Assembly (NCBI RefSeq): GCF_964355755.1 | Contig: NC_092680.1 | Coordinates: 10,292,001-10,356,000, forward strand | Reading direction: 5' to 3' | DNA length: 64,000 nucleotides | From: Antedon mediterranea | Taxonomy: Eukaryota; Animalia; Echinodermata | Part shown: positions 12,692-26,211 of the stretch, in pieces | Numbering within the stretch: position 1 is the stretch's first letter | Layout: each line of letters begins with the position of its first letter | Position numbers and translations under genes: made by a program | The notes under the pieces: generated by a model | Databases searched by the model: none | Told to the model about the DNA's origin: nothing | The model's input: only the letters and a program-made list of their open reading frames with translations

Positions 12692-14242
12692 CGTATACCG
12701 GATATTCACCCCCTGGACATTTACCCCCCGGACAACTACCCCCCGGACAACCACCACCTGGACCACTACCCCCTTAGGACAACTACCCCTTTAGGACAAC
12801 TACCCCCCGGACAAATACCCCCCGGACAACTACCCCCTTAGGACAACAACCCCCTTAGGACAACTACCCCCTGGACAACTACCCCCCGGACAATTACCCC
12901 CTAGGAACAATTATCCCCTAGGAACAATTATCCCCCCGGACCATTCAACAACCTGATTCTGCAACAGTGTATAATAGGAATTAATAACTATATTTTAATT
13001 CGTTACTTTGACGAATTACTATTCATTATTGTAAACAAAAGTAAAAGATTGAACATAAATATAGCCTGGTATAAACTGAAGATTGTCACACATGATCATA
13101 GGATAGTCGAACGTATTATATAGTACTCCCTGTATTTACTGTAAAGACTGGGTTCGCTAATAATAATAATAATTTTTTCGTCAGGACAATGCTTCGATAA
13201 CCACTGGTCTTAAAAGAATTAATTTTTGTCTCAAATTTGTCATATATGTATTTTTGTACACTTGAAGAATAATATCACTTTTGATATTTGACCTCAATGT
13301 TCACTCACCGAATAAACGTCGATCTTTAAATAAATTCCCCTCAAATAAACGGTGACCATGTCACTCCCATGAAACATCATATGAAATAATCGGCGTCTAT
13401 TTCCATTAGATTATACCCCCTCCCATTGAATAAACAACTTTCTTCCAATAAATGTCCACCTAAAAACCACCTAAACAATAAACAGCCCAGGCCGTTTTTT
13501 CAATAAATACGGTACTTTAAATCTAGCGCATCTAGGGTCTAGCGTGCTGTTAAACAGAATAATCGGTTAAAAACGGGTGTTTCGAAACTAGAGACCCGAG
13601 ACCAGAGACCAGAGACCCAATACGAAAAGGGAGACCTAAATATACGAAAAGGGAGACCCACGTACGAAAAGGGAGACCCCACTATACGAAAAGGGAGACC
13701 CTAATATACGAAAAGGGAGACCTAAATATACGAAAAGGGAGACCCAGTTATACGAAAGGGAGACCCAAATATACAAAATGGGAGACCCAAATATACGAAA
13801 AGGGAGACCCACTATAAGAAAAGAGAGACCCCACTATAAGAAAAGGGAGACCCCACTATACGAAAAGAGAGACCACACTATACGAAAAGGGAGACCCTAA
13901 TATACGAAAAGGGAGACCCAAATATAGGTCTCCCTTTTCGTATTGGGTCTCGTGTCAGGTCTCTGGTCTCGGGTCTCTATTTTCGAAACACCCGTTAAAA
14001 ACAGATGATTTCATTTTTACAGAAACCGGTCCTATATATTTGTCTACTTTTGGATGGGGGGGGGGGGGGGGTAGTTGACCGGGGGGTAGTTGTCCGGGGG
14101 GTTGTTATCCTAAGGGGGTAGTTGTCCTAAGGGGTAGTTGTCCGGGGGGTAGTTGTCCGGGGGGTAGTTGTCCTAAGGGGGTAGTTGTCCGGGTGGTAAA
14201 CATCCGGGGGGTAACTGTCTAGGGGGTAGGTGTCCTAGAACC
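12692..14242. mobile_element. MULE-like element with GGACAACTACCCCC subterminal arrays
   Basis: Inverted C-rich and G-rich arrays at 12700-12945 and 14070-14240; 9-bp direct repeat CTTTAATTG at 12683-12691 and 14243-14251. Confidence 0.7.
13575..13993. mobile_element. MULE-like MITE with ~24-bp TATACGAAAAGGGAGACC array
   Basis: TIR GGGTGTTTCGAAA; TSD GTTAAAAAC (13566-13574, 13994-14002). Confidence 0.85.
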
Positions 14243-15445
14243 CTTTAATTGTGTGTGAGGTACTTTCGAATTTGTTGCGGACTTCTTTAATTGTGCGAGG
14301 AGCTTTCGAATTTGTTGCGGACTTCTTTAATTGTGCGAGGGGCTTTCAAATTTGTTGCAGACCTCTTTAATTGTGCGAGGAGCTTTCGAATTTGTTGCGG
14401 ACTTCTTTAATTGTGCTTAGCTCTTCTTTAATTGTGCGTTTCTTCTTTATTTGTGCATTTCGTTTTGTATTTTCATGCTTTCTTTTGTTTATATGCGATT
14501 TCTTTTTTAATGTGCGATTTCTTCTTTAATTGTGTGATTCCTTCTTTAATTGTGTAATTCCTTCTTTAATTGTGTGATTCTGTGTTATAGTGTGCGTGAC
14601 AGTTGTGGGCCACCGTAGAGAATAATAAATCGCTGCAACTAAACTTCGGACAAATCATCATAGACAAAATTAAATGAAAAAACAAACAAAAATAAATAAA
14701 TAAAAACCTAATACAATGCAGTAATTGTACACTTAAATAAATACTTTAAAACAATCAGTAAGTAAATATACACATTCATTATTAACTTTTAAAATGTCTG
14801 AGAGATCATAACTTAAAATGAAAAAAAAAACTAAATAAAAAAAAAAAACTTGTAGTGAGCCACCTATAAGGTTGCCGAGTATGACGTCACCAAACAACAA
14901 CAAACATATTTTAATAATGTGCTCTGGTTGTGTGGTGGTGGTTGTTATTAATACGTTCGTCGATTGGAAAAACACATAATAATTTATAAAAAGGAAATGC
15001 TTTTCCATTGGTTTCGGATGTTATTGAATATAATTTGTTAAGGTATAGTATGTTACATATAGATTATTATATAAATAAACGCGTAATGACGTGAAACGAG
15101 ACTGTTTAATTCAAGACTAGCCTAGCCCTAGCTAGAGGCGGCCTACCTAGCATAGCCTAGCTACTAGGCCTAAGTTACTAGGCTAAGTAAGTTTAAAGTT
15201 GAGTGACACATTTTGGTGTCCAGCCTATTAGTATTAGTATCGCGCTAAAATTGAGGTACTGCTGTATTATTGTTGGAAATATGATATTAAAACTTTAGGC
15301 CTAGGCCTAGGTTTTAATGTTGGAAATGCTATTAATTAATTATTATATCATATTTCGTTAAATTAACACTTTTAATTGGTAGGTCTAACTAGGCTAATTC
15401 ATATTGGTATTTAGGAAGACCCGATAAACCTATTTCTGATTCGTA

Positions 15446-17723
15446 GGGTATGTTCAGACTTACGGTGGAGTTATGTAAGCGGCGTACATATTTTTGTGTC
15501 TGAAACATGCCGCGGATTAGCGTTAGGGAGCTGGCGTTAATAACTCTAGCGGGAGAGGGTAGATTTCATATGCTAATCCAGTGATGCATCAGTGATTTTA
15601 ACCTTAAAGGGGGGTTCCGGGTTTAAAATGAATAATAAAAAATGTAAAATATATTTGTTTGTCTCTTGAACGGTAAAAGTTTCAATTTATATAAGCGCCC
15701 AGTGAAGCAGAACGAAGGCTGTGAAATGAGGCCAGATTACAAGTGCAGCTACGGCAAAATCACACTGTGGTTACAGAATAGGAAATTCGTGAAATGGTCA
15801 ATCTTCCGACGACTCGTTATCATTAACCATATCAATTACTTTTGTAAAATTATACTTATCTGATGTAATTTTAGTCGGTCTTCCCATTTATAAAGTCAAT
15901 TTTCTATGAAAATCCATCAAAACAGTGAAAAATTAGATAAGTTTGCACTTTACGTTTGCCGATTTTCGCACTGACTTAGGGAAAGCCTTCAAAATCAATG
16001 AAGCGTAGCGTATACATTCCTGCTCTCTCTCTCGAGGAGAGCGAGACGACGATACACGAGCTCTCTCTGCCCATGCCTGGCATCGTCACGTGATAAGCAG
16101 ATACAGTATACAATACCAAACTGGTCGGGTCGAGTATACCCCGTCTATAATCACAACATGAACGATGTACAGTATTTGATTGAAGGTCGACTCGACCTAC
16201 CGGAATGGTATAGATAATATAGCTCGAATGAGAGAGAGTTGAAATATTTGTAAACATAAGTATTGCTAATTTTAACAAGTGTAGCTTATATTATAGTAAA
16301 AAGGCCTGGTAGTATCAATTCGCATAGGCTCTACTACACTAGCTAGCTCAATTTTTAACTGGGCCGGATCGGCTAGGTCTCCTTCCTACTACCGGTCTAC
16401 TTGTTTGATGCAGTATCCGCTTTTTTGGAGAGTAAACTAGGCCTAGGCCTATTTTAGGCCTACTTTTAGACGATCGGACACCATATGTGCGGACGGCGAT
16501 CGGACCTTGTTTTGCCTCAATATTTACAGCCGATTTTTGTAGAACGTTTTAGGTTTAGATTGTTTAGGAGTTTGGTTGATAGGATGGGTTTGGAATCCAC
16601 TGAGTTTTGTTATTTATGGGCCAATCGTTTAGTAATAGGCTAGCTAGGCCCATGAATGATGGCCCCAATGTTTTAACGTAGCCATCGTGGCATGGAATAC
16701 CTAGTCAGAAATGGCTCTCACCCATGAATAAAATGATTTAGGCTAGGCCTAGCCTAGTACGTGAAGCTGATATACGATCTGTACTATTCGAGGTATAAAA
16801 ATTTATGACTCTGTAATCTGTACTACTGTAAATTTTGTATTTCATTAAATGTCAAATAAATATATGCTACTACTGTTATTAATATTACACTTTAGGCCTA
16901 GCTTAGAAAATCTACAAAAAATGTATTTCACAATGATCGGGTGTTCGTCGTTTGACAGGGGAGAGAGAACACAACGTACATGCTTGACGTCGCGAGTTTG
17001 GAATCCACTGATGACGTGATTTTGTGAATATCTCATGAATATTAATGAGCTTCCCTAAGCTGCTGAAAAACAGACTTTCCATGAATTTACCCTAAAATGT
17101 ATATGAAATTTAATTTTTTTAATTTCTCGTTATTACTTCTTCATTCTGACATGTCTATATTGTTATAATATTTTTTATTTAATAAATAAACGATATTTAA
17201 AAGCAATTTTAAACCCAGAATCCCCCTTTAACCAATGAAAATACACGACCACGATTAGCAGACAGCAACTACATACCCTTACCCTATGATACGACAGCGA
17301 AATAGCCATGTCAAATGTATTTTCAGGTTCAGATTTTATTTTAAGTTGGCATCAGTGATATGATATTTTTATAAATTAAATCATATAATCAGATAATTGT
17401 CCGTGTAACAATTACGTTTTAAATTATTTTGAATTAAAATGCAATTCTACAAGTAGTAAGAACAAATCAGTATACAGTATTTGAAGGTAAACATTATATA
17501 AATTAAAAAAAAAAAAAACAATGTAAACAATGTTAACTTTCATGCATTGTCATGAATGTATACATATAGTTCTATCTGCTTTGACCTGATCAGAGTGTTT
17601 TAAACGCAAGGCATTGTTGGAATGTTGGTCGTTGTGTCTGAACACCTTGGCTTTTAACGCCACAGATTACCGTACGCCTTGCGTAGATAACTCCACCGTA
17701 ACTCCGTGAGTCTGAACATACCC
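15446..17723. mobile_element. PIF/Harbinger-like non-autonomous element
   Basis: TIR GGGTATGTTCAGACT...TACGGTGGAGTTAT; flanks GTA and TTA (imperfect TWA). Confidence 0.7.
15608..17227. mobile_element. Kolobok-like non-autonomous element nested in the Harbinger-like element
   Basis: TTAA|AGGGGGGTTCCGGGTTTAAAA...TTTTAAACCCAGAATCCCCCT|TTAA. Confidence 0.8.
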
Positions 17724-18281
17724 TTAATCCTTTTTATACTTCTTGATTTAATTGTGTGTTCCCCGTGACTTGACACACTGAATGACATGAGCAAACAATA
17801 ATAATAATATATTGAATTTAAATGAAGGATTGAGTTGTAAATTTGCTCTAAATTAACAAAATCCATTAGGTAAGTGTCTACACTGACGGAGGAGTAAAAT
17901 CTCTCAAATAAAGTTTATTTTTTTCAGTACAACATCCTATGACCAACAATAAAAATGCAATCATCTGCAATTTTCATCATATCTAATTCATACACAACTA
18001 CAGTAACACACAGTATAACTCCTACGGGTCAGTCTAATTATCGAAAACAACCGAAAAAAAACCCGAAAACAACCATAAACTACCGAAAAACAACCGTAAA
18101 CAAAATAAAAAAATCTAAATACCGAAAACAAATTTGTATAATATTTTTTTTAATGACGCCCTCTACTATGGGTGTTTCTAAAGCCAAGACTATGCAGATA
18201 GAAAACCGTGCGCGCAAAAGCCAAGAAAGAGTGTTCAAAGACCCTACAAAATGGTAGTGTGCACAAAATACAACTCAAAAT

Positions 18282-19012
18282 GGGTATTGCTAAACACCGC
18301 AAACCCCGCAAACCCCCGCAAACCTCCAAAAAAACATAGCAAACCCCATCGAACCAACATAAAAGTGATTGAATCATGTAGTGTACAACCCACTGGGTAT
18401 ATCCATGTAAAAAAAATATTAAATTTCTACTGTTAACTACTTATTTTTTAGGTAAAACATCATTTTTTGGTAAAAAATGATTGCTAAACCCCGCAAACCT
18501 CCAAAAAAATATAGCAAACCCCACCGAACCAACATATAAGTGATTGAATCATGTAGTGTACAACCCCACTGGGTATATCCATGTAAAAAAAATATTAAAT
18601 TTCTACTGTTAACTACTTATTTTTGGGGTAAAACATCATTTTTTGGTCAAAAATTATTGCTAATTTTTAACCAAAAAGTTATGTTTTATCCCCAAAAAAG
18701 TAGTTAACAGTAGAAATTTAATAATTTATATACCCAGTGGGTTGTACACTACATGATTCAATCACTTTTATGTTGGTTCGGTGGGGTTTGCTATGGTTTT
18801 TTGGAGGTTTGTAGGGTTTAGCAATCATTTTTTACCAAAAAATGATGTTTTACCTAAAAAATAAGTTGTTAACAGTAGAAATTTATTTTTTTTTTACATT
18901 GATATACCCAGTGGGTTGTACACTACATGATTCAATCACTTTTATGTTGGTTTGGTGGGGTTTGCTATGTTTTTTTGGAGGTTTGCGAGGTTTGCGGTGT
19001 TTAGCAATACCC
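18282..19012. mobile_element. Foldback MITE built of ~180-bp units, 8-bp TSD
   Basis: GGGTATTGCTAAACACCGC TIR; TSD CTCAAAAT (18274-18281, 19013-19020); palindrome centre ~18660. Confidence 0.85.
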
Positions 19013-19052
19013 CTCAAAATCGTACAAATTCAATGATTTACACTGTAGACTG

Positions 19053-19460
19053 CAGGGGCGGACGCAGGGGTGTTGCCCCAGTTGCCCGGGCTATCAATCT
19101 ATAATAATTAATTTGTATTAATTGATTTTAATTGCTAGAATTGATTAATTACCGGAAGTACCTTCGTCGGGTACCTCCTCTGACCTTCGCATTGAACGCA
19201 AAAAATGTTTGTGTTTGTGTTTATACCGGCCGAAAAACAGGCGTGATACGATCTGTTTGCTACTGTAGCCCGATTGTCATTTCTATTTATCGTTAATTTT
19301 ACGTGCGAGAGTACCATTTCCGGCCATCTAGGGGTGTCATTTAACAAAAATTCCCTCGCCACAGGCCCCACTACAGGGCATGTGGAGCAAATACTTAGTA
19401 TCTACGGCCCTCTGAGGACTCTTGGGCAACCCCCTTAAAATAGTCTTGCAAGCTCCCCAT
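19053..19460. mobile_element. Degenerate hAT-like MITE
   Basis: Starts CAGGGGCGGACGCAGGGGTGTTGCCC; a decayed inverted end contains GGGCAACCCC; TSD not recognisable. Confidence 0.45.
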
Positions 19461-20727
19461 TTACTTACAAAGTCTATAAACACATTTCGTTTTTAGTCTT
19501 TAGATTTTCAAAAACAAAGCATGATTTTACCTAACATTGTGTTTTCGTCACTTAAGTTACAGTAATACCATTTTGTAGGGTCTTCCTTGGCTTTTGCGCA
19601 CACGGTCTTCTCTCTGTCATGGTCTTAGCTCTAGAAACACCCATCAGTAGAGGGCAACATAAACAAAAATGATACAAATTTCTTTTCGGTATTTAGATTA
19701 TTTTATTTTGTTTTCGGTTGTTTATGGTTGTTTTCGGTAATTTTAGACTGACCGACTCCTAGGTTCCAAATACATAATGGAAATATGGAAAAATATAATA
19801 ATGGAAACTTGAGTTAATCGTATGGCGTTTCTAGGACACTAGGTTGCTGGGTTGGATCCATTATTTCTTTTAAAAATGTGTGGGAGCATTAACATTTACT
19901 TTTTGATACCTATTTCTGACACTACAGACAATCTATAAATTTACGTAAGGGCAAAATTCGGTAAATCGCGCTTTTCTAAAATGTTTACTCGATGGTATGT
20001 AAAGTTGGTTCGTACTTTCGGTACTGATTTTAACCACCTGTTCACTAATTAAATTGAGTTCGATAATTAGTTATTGACAATTAAAACGAATTTAGGTGCA
20101 ACGATTTGCCCCAAATAGGGGTGTTTCCCGATCGTGGTATACACTGTCTAATGGATGTCCTCTTGAAAAATACCTGAACACAATAATACAAGGATGCTTC
20201 GCAAATACAAATAAACTTTATTACTGTGAGTGTGGGTAGGCCCTACTGTTCTATTACACATAATATACTGTACAAATAAATAAACTTTATTACTGACAGT
20301 TGCTTAACGTTTGTATTAATTAATAATTAAAAAATATATAAACGTCATAGTGGTGTATCGTTACACATACTTTACTATTTTACTGTATTTAGTGGTATAT
20401 TATTTATAGGCCTATACAAAATAAAACAAATACTGAGTGGATAAGAATATATTTAAAAATTGTTCCTCTTTGTATCCTTTTCCCCATCTCTCAACACTAC
20501 ACACAAAACACAAATTTGGTTTGTTAATAAATGAGTCCATTTTGTGACAAGTTTCTCTTTCGGAAATAATTCTCAGGGTACTAATTTTGGTTGACTACAT
20601 AAATCATTGTGTCCATTTATTTGTTTCTGTAAACGACAATGTATTATAGTCATGCGGTACGTACATTTCCAGTTTTTTTCTCGCTGGAATTACTGTGTAT
20701 TCGAGAACCATCTGTGGGCACGACCTA

Positions 20728-21758
20728 GACCCCATTTACACTTCGGCTTTCTTTTTTGCCCGCAATGCATTTACACTTACCCAAAAAGCCGGCCTCAGGC
20801 CCCTACAGTACTATTGTGTTTACACTTGCTCTCGCGGAAGAGTGCTCAATGATACGATTTCGCTACATTCACGTCATATCCGCTCATGTGCGCCGTCTTA
20901 AAAAGTTAATATTATTAAACGTTGTCTATCTACACTAGGCCTAGGGCTAGGCCTATCAAAATTTAGCAAAAAAGAATCAAATAACGGTATTTAATATGGA
21001 TCAAAACAATTGTATTATTGCTTTACTACTAATGTTTGCGTCTCGTTTTCTGAAGAATAGTAGTAGATCAATACGCCTTTTCGCGAAACGGAAGACATTT
21101 TCGATCGATGACAAACAATGCCGTGCAACGAAGCGTAACCAACAGAAATAACAGCCTATTTTCTGAGGACAAGTTACTCCGTTAATTCGTAACTCCTCAA
21201 CGAACAGCCGTATGGACAACATTTTTACTGTAAAATGTTCTTTAAAGATTAGCCTACATACTGTGTGATTGAAAAAAATTAGAAAATTTGTTTTCACTTC
21301 TTAAAGGCCATCGAAAAAAAACACCACAGTGTATAACTATAAGCGTAGGCGCCGCATGGTGTCCTGAAATCCCCTGAAAACGCTATGTTATTTCTGTTGG
21401 TTACGCTTCGTTGCACGGCATTGTTTGTCATCGATCGAAGATGTCTTCCGTTTCGTGAAAAAGGCGTATACATCTTCACCAATTTAATTTCAATGAAGAA
21501 TTCACGTTCATCAGCAATAAGTTTCGTAAACTTTAAACTATGGTTGACCCAGAACGTTCATTTTATGACCGCGAGTGTTTACACTATACGAAGTGCAGGC
21601 CCAAAGCCCGCAATTGCCGGCCCGAAGCCTACTCTAGACTAGGCTTAAAATTGAGCCGACTCGAGGCCGGCTCGGTTGTTCCCAGAGTGTTTACACTTTT
21701 GCACTTTTGGCTCAGAGCCGGCCTCAGGCTCGCTAAAAGCTGAAGTGTAAATGGGGTC
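20728..21758. mobile_element. Harbinger-like MITE
   Basis: TIR GACCCCATTTACACTTC(G/A)GC; 3-bp TSD CTA. Confidence 0.8.
21073..21467. mobile_element. MITE with ~85-bp TIRs and 2-bp (AT or TA) TSD, nested in the Harbinger-like MITE
   Basis: ATACGCCTTTTCGCGAAACGGAAGAC... is inverted at ...CCGTTTCGTGAAAAAGGCGTAT. Confidence 0.7.
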
Positions 21759-22766
21759 CTAGTTATTAAAATTATGTTAGTGTTCCCCAACTCTTCAAAT
21801 TCAATTAAAGTTGGGCTGAGTGTTTTGGTTTTGAACCCGAGATGGATTCTGAGCTCAATTCCCTTTGATGTAATATAGACCTTGGTTTTGTAAATATCTA
21901 TTCTTCATGATACATTATTCTCCTGAATTAATTTCTATAAATATCATTTTTATCAACCACAGTACAGTATGTGACTAGTTAATGGTTTGCCAGTTAAATC
22001 TGATAGTAAAATCTAACTTTTTTTAATTATACAGGCATAAATGCATGGATTTTCCCAAATAAATTCAAATCATACTGTATATAAATGAGAGAGAACAATA
22101 AACAGATTTTACTAATGTGTCCTTGGCAATGACATGTATTGAACATGTACAGTAGGCTGTGAAAAAATGGGAAATTTAGTGCACAACCTAAATTGAGCAT
22201 AATTATACTGTTTAGTATAACTTCAAAGGTCAAATGTCTCTTTATCATTTATCTTATGATCATTTAGATATGTCAACTCATTAATAGTTTATTAATATTA
22301 TACTAGAGTATATTAACTTGTGTCAACATTTCAACTACTTACTATTTGAATTTTAAATTAACCTGGTAATTCAGTAGTAGTTTTCTGGTGTGGCCTGTTA
22401 TTGTGGATTGTTATTGTGATCCAAATCAGGCAAGGATTTTTAAAAAGGCTTTAGCCCCCCCTAAAATTTAACTTTTAAAAATAAAATAATTACTATTTTT
22501 TATTTTTTTTCAACCTGACGGATCTTTTTTATAATTTATGAAATATTTATCCCCTAATCTACTGTATAATGCTGGATCTGCCCCTGCAAATACAGTTGGA
22601 GTGCATAGCGTCATGGTTGAAGTCCAGAGAGGTTCTGAGGCATCTCCTCTGTCAATCATGTTATTTTAATTGATTGATACAATGTTATCAAGTAAAGTCA
22701 ATTTGCAGATTTTGATATTCAAATTATATATTTTCTTTTACAGTAAGTGAATTAATGCTATAGGCC

Positions 22767-23406
22767 ATGAGCTTGGAAAAAGATTTAAAGGAAGTTGACA
22801 AATTAGTCCAAAAAGGAACATCCTGCATCAAAGAAGGCCATCCAGATGCAGCAGTCTCTGTGTTCCTTAAAGCCTTAGGAAAAGCAGAACTCATAAACAA
22901 TAGGCACTCTGTGAGAGTATGCTCGTGTAATCTAGGTGGTCTGTATCTTCTACTTGGTGACACTCAAAATGCATTGCAATACCTCGAAAAGAGTTTGCCT
23001 CAAAATGGTGTCAGCTATGATTCAGAAGCATTTTATTTAAACGGTGATGTCTACTATAACTTTGGTCTTGCATATCTTATGATTAAACAGTATGAGAAAG
23101 CTATTAGTAATTTAAAGTTCGCTATTGAGAATTTTGACAAAGTTGCCTCAAAGCGAGCATCATCAGCTGAGTCGCACACCTTACTAGCACAGGCTTACAC
23201 AAGCCTTTTAAATTACAAACAAGGGGCAAGCGAATATAAAAAAAATGCTGATATATGTAATGAGTTGCATGATTATTACAAAGCAGTGAAAGCATTAATC
23301 AACCAAGCAAATTGTTTATATCATAGTTGTAACCCAGAATCTTGCCTAAGTGTTATCAGAAAATGTCCTGAAATATGTAGACAGTTGGAACAAGACACTA
23401 AAACAG
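22767..23406 (+). CDS. TTC24: TTC24-like TPR protein, coding exon 1
   Basis: ATG in GCCATGA context after acceptor TTTTACAG (22743); TPR motifs (CNLGGLY, GDVYYNFGLAY); donor G|GTAACC, phase 1. Confidence 0.85.
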
Positions 23407-23465
23407 GTAACCTTTTGTTTGTGTATTCTACAATTTGTTCACATACAGTAGAACCCCTGTTTTAA

Positions 23466-24044
23466 AGCTCAGGTACAGGCATGAATTTAAAATATAATAT
23501 TTGGTTAATTGTACATAAATCAAATATTTGTAACAGAAATCGAGACGAAAAAACATGAATTTCCCTTAATATGGTCAAATACAAAATTTGGCAAAATTCT
23601 TCCATAAAAACCAGGAAGACTTTTTTTCAGTAGTTAGGTAGTTAACCTAATGTAATAACATGTCTGGTGACTCCCTAGACGGTGAAAAAAGATGGTGGAT
23701 ATATGGTGGATAATTTAATAAAAATCTGAAGTTGAATAAAAATATCAGAAATGTAATATTCAAGTTATATTACCTATATTTAGTCATCTGATGACATTTT
23801 TTACCACACCGTTTATTTTTCATAGCTTTTTAAAATGCCTCTCTATTTAAAAAATTTGTGTACAAAAGAATAGAGATTTTACTGTGTAATTTGAACTATC
23901 CCCCCACTGATAAGAAAGTGCTTATTTTCAACAAGCTCATGTAACACAAATAAAATCCCAAAAATTATGAAACATAGGTGAAACTATAGATCGATAATTA
24001 TTGGAATGTATGATCAATATACATTTTTAGCCCGTACCTGGCCT
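23466..24044. mobile_element. Kolobok-like MITE, copy 1
   Basis: TTAA|AGCTCAGGTAC...GTACCTGGCCT|TTAA; near-identical to 26641-27234. Confidence 0.85.
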
Positions 24045-24514
24045 TTAAAGGAATACTCTAAGTGTTGGTCATACTGTAGTAATAAACACAATATGCTGGG
24101 CTATTTTTCAACTCATCTTTTCTTGCCTATCATTCTCTAGAAGACGGTTTAGCATAACAACCAAAAGTTCAAGACTCTCAGCCATATACACTACTTTATT
24201 TCCTTTGAAATCACATGGTGTAGTACTGCAAACCTAACTTTCTAAACTCAAAATAGATTAAATGTTTTTTTTACGATCTTAAATTTACAACATAAAATGT
24301 TTTCTGATCCCTTCATTTTATATTTCTATTAAGATAAATTCATTGGCTATAAAATCTACAGTAAATTGAGGTACTCCACAACAAACAATATTTTATTACT
24401 GAATTGTTATTAATGAATTGAACTAATAAAATGTTTATTATGTAATAAAAATATCTATACAATACAGTATATCATTGCTGTACTTTTTAATAGTAGTATT
24501 TAGAAGTTTATAGA

Positions 24515-24972
24515 GATATTGCCTGCTTAGAGGTAAAATATAAGATTTGACATCCCCAAAGAAATGATATTTTGCTTGACGGAATATATTTCCAGAAGCG
24601 CCAGCTGAGAGAAACATAGTTCTCGAAAGCAAAATATCATTCTCGAGGAGAATCACTGTGAGTATTGACCATAAACAGTGTTTCGTCGCATCATTAGAGG
24701 GCGAATAACAAAATGAAGGCGCTATGTACAGTATGCATAGTTTAAATAGGTCAATTTAATTATTTCTTCAAGCAAGTTACGTGGTGCAGCGTGTACAATG
24801 TTTTCTCATGATGATGTGGACTAGTCTTTGTGATATGAGTTCGAGTCCCAGTAGATGACTTTTATTTAATTAGAAAACATAACCAACACAAAAATGGCTT
24901 AATATGCTTCAGGAAAACAAAATTTCTTGAGAAAAATATAATGTTATATACACCCCTTAAGCAGTCAATATC
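24515..24972. mobile_element. Unclassified element with short terminal IRs and an internal tRNA-like B box
   Basis: GATATTGCCTGCTTAGAGG versus reverse-complement GATATTGACTGCTTAAGGG; GTTCGAGTCCC at ~24839. Confidence 0.4.
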
Positions 24973-25420
24973 CTTACTAATTAATATCATTCATGTACAT
25001 TTTGTTCTGAATATATATGAGATTTTAATGATTTTATCTATTTCTATTTCAAGGTCAATTAGAAATTAATCAATCAACATTGAAATACTTTATGGCATCT
25101 ATCATTTTTATTATGTCTTATATCTCATTATACTGTACTGTATATTACATTACTCTCAGTCTCAGCCCTTTTGCCACTTTTTGATGACTAATAATATGTT
25201 AGTACACTAAGTTATGTTTGTGGTACACTAGTAATTAGATACACCATGTTTTAACGTATGACTCAACATTTAGGTTGTTTAGTACATTATTCCAATTTTA
25301 TTATCGATTAGCATAGGAAGATGCATATTTATCATTATTATAAGAGGACTAACTACTACGAATAACAAAGACCAACATTTTTTACTATTTGTTGTAAACA
25401 CAATTGAATAAATTTTATAG

Positions 25421-25669
25421 GAAAATTATATCACGATCTTGGTATATTATTTGGAAGAACAAGCGTCGCATCAGATGCTATCGATTGCTTTAAAACAGCT
25501 TTAGAGTTATTACCTACTACACCATCTATCACAACGAATGTAGTACATGATCAGCAAAAGTTATTGAGGTACAGAGCGTCGTGTCTTCAGCACATAGGGG
25601 AACTTTTAAATGTTGAACAGCACTACCATGAGTCTTTGCAATATCATAAGAAAACTCTCAGATTACTCG
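25421..25669 (+). CDS. TTC24: TTC24-like coding exon 2
   Basis: TTTATAG|GA; reads GKLYHDLGILF...HKKTLRLL; donor G|GTAAGT; phase 1 to phase 1. Confidence 0.85.
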
Positions 25670-26018
25670 GTAAGTTTATGCGTGTGTTGGGACGCTGGAC
25701 TTTTGATCGCACACATTTATTATTTGTAATATACAATAGGTAAAAGAATATATATTATTGAGAAACATTTGTTTTTTAATCTAGATATAAAGAACATAAT
25801 TATTGTTATTATGTTCGATTCATGCATCTTTATAATATAATTTATTATTTAATGATTTTGTTTGTGCAAACAATCTTACGAGTGAGATAATGATTGGTTG
25901 GTTTACAGCGATCATAATGAACAACTCGATTGCCTTCACAAACATATTGTGAGAAATAATTAATTGTTACCAATAAATTCTGTGCTGATAATTATATAAC
26001 AACTGCATGGTTTTTCAG

Positions 26019-26147
26019 GTTTGTTGAGTAGTCACAAGTCAATGGGAAGGTGTTTTGCCAGCATGGCCTTTTCATACTCTCAATTACATGATTACTTGAA
26101 GGCTGAAAAAGCTTATCACAATGCATTACAGAAGATGGAAGAAATTG
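26019..26147 (+). CDS. TTC24: TTC24-like coding exon 3
   Basis: TTTCAG|GT; GRCFASMAFSYSQLHDY resembles the recalled TTC24 GRSFGSLAFALSQLGD motif; donor G|GTATAG. Confidence 0.85.
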
Positions 26148-26211
26148 GTATAGTATTTGATTTTATTAGGGAACTTTCAATTTGTGATAACCATTTGTTT
26201 GTTTGTTTGTT

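Larger units (their letters stand above)
11258..14617. mobile_element. Foldback element with CACAATTAAAGAAG subterminal arrays; left terminus missing
   Basis: 11258-11534 is the reverse complement of ~14243-14580; the right end is ...GGGCCACCGTA. Confidence 0.65.
18025..19754. mobile_element. TIR DNA transposon (MULE-like), long imperfect TIRs
   Basis: CGGGTCAGTCTAA...TTAGACTGACCG; direct repeat ACTCCTA (18018-18024, 19755-19761); arms ~18025-18255 and ~19565-19754. Confidence 0.75.
19932..21762 (+). mobile_element. Non-autonomous Helitron copy A; terminal CTAG split by a Harbinger-like insertion
   Basis: A|TC start with ATTTACGTAAGGGCAAAATTCGG, shared with the other four copies; ends CACGACCTAG|T once the insert is removed. 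Confidence 0.8.

Noticed and set aside
13620-13925. CRISPR-like short repeat array
   Set aside because: The units are contiguous with no unique spacers, lie inside a TIR element with a TSD, and the context is eukaryotic with no cas genes.
22427-22586. Small CAGG...CCTG MITE-like remnants (also ~46859-46991)
   Set aside because: The ends are too decayed and the TSDs unconvincing for a confident call.
23407-23465. ORF extensions past splice donors (also 26148-26389)
   Set aside because: These are read-through into intronic TE or SINE sequence; the spliced model fits the TPR homology better.
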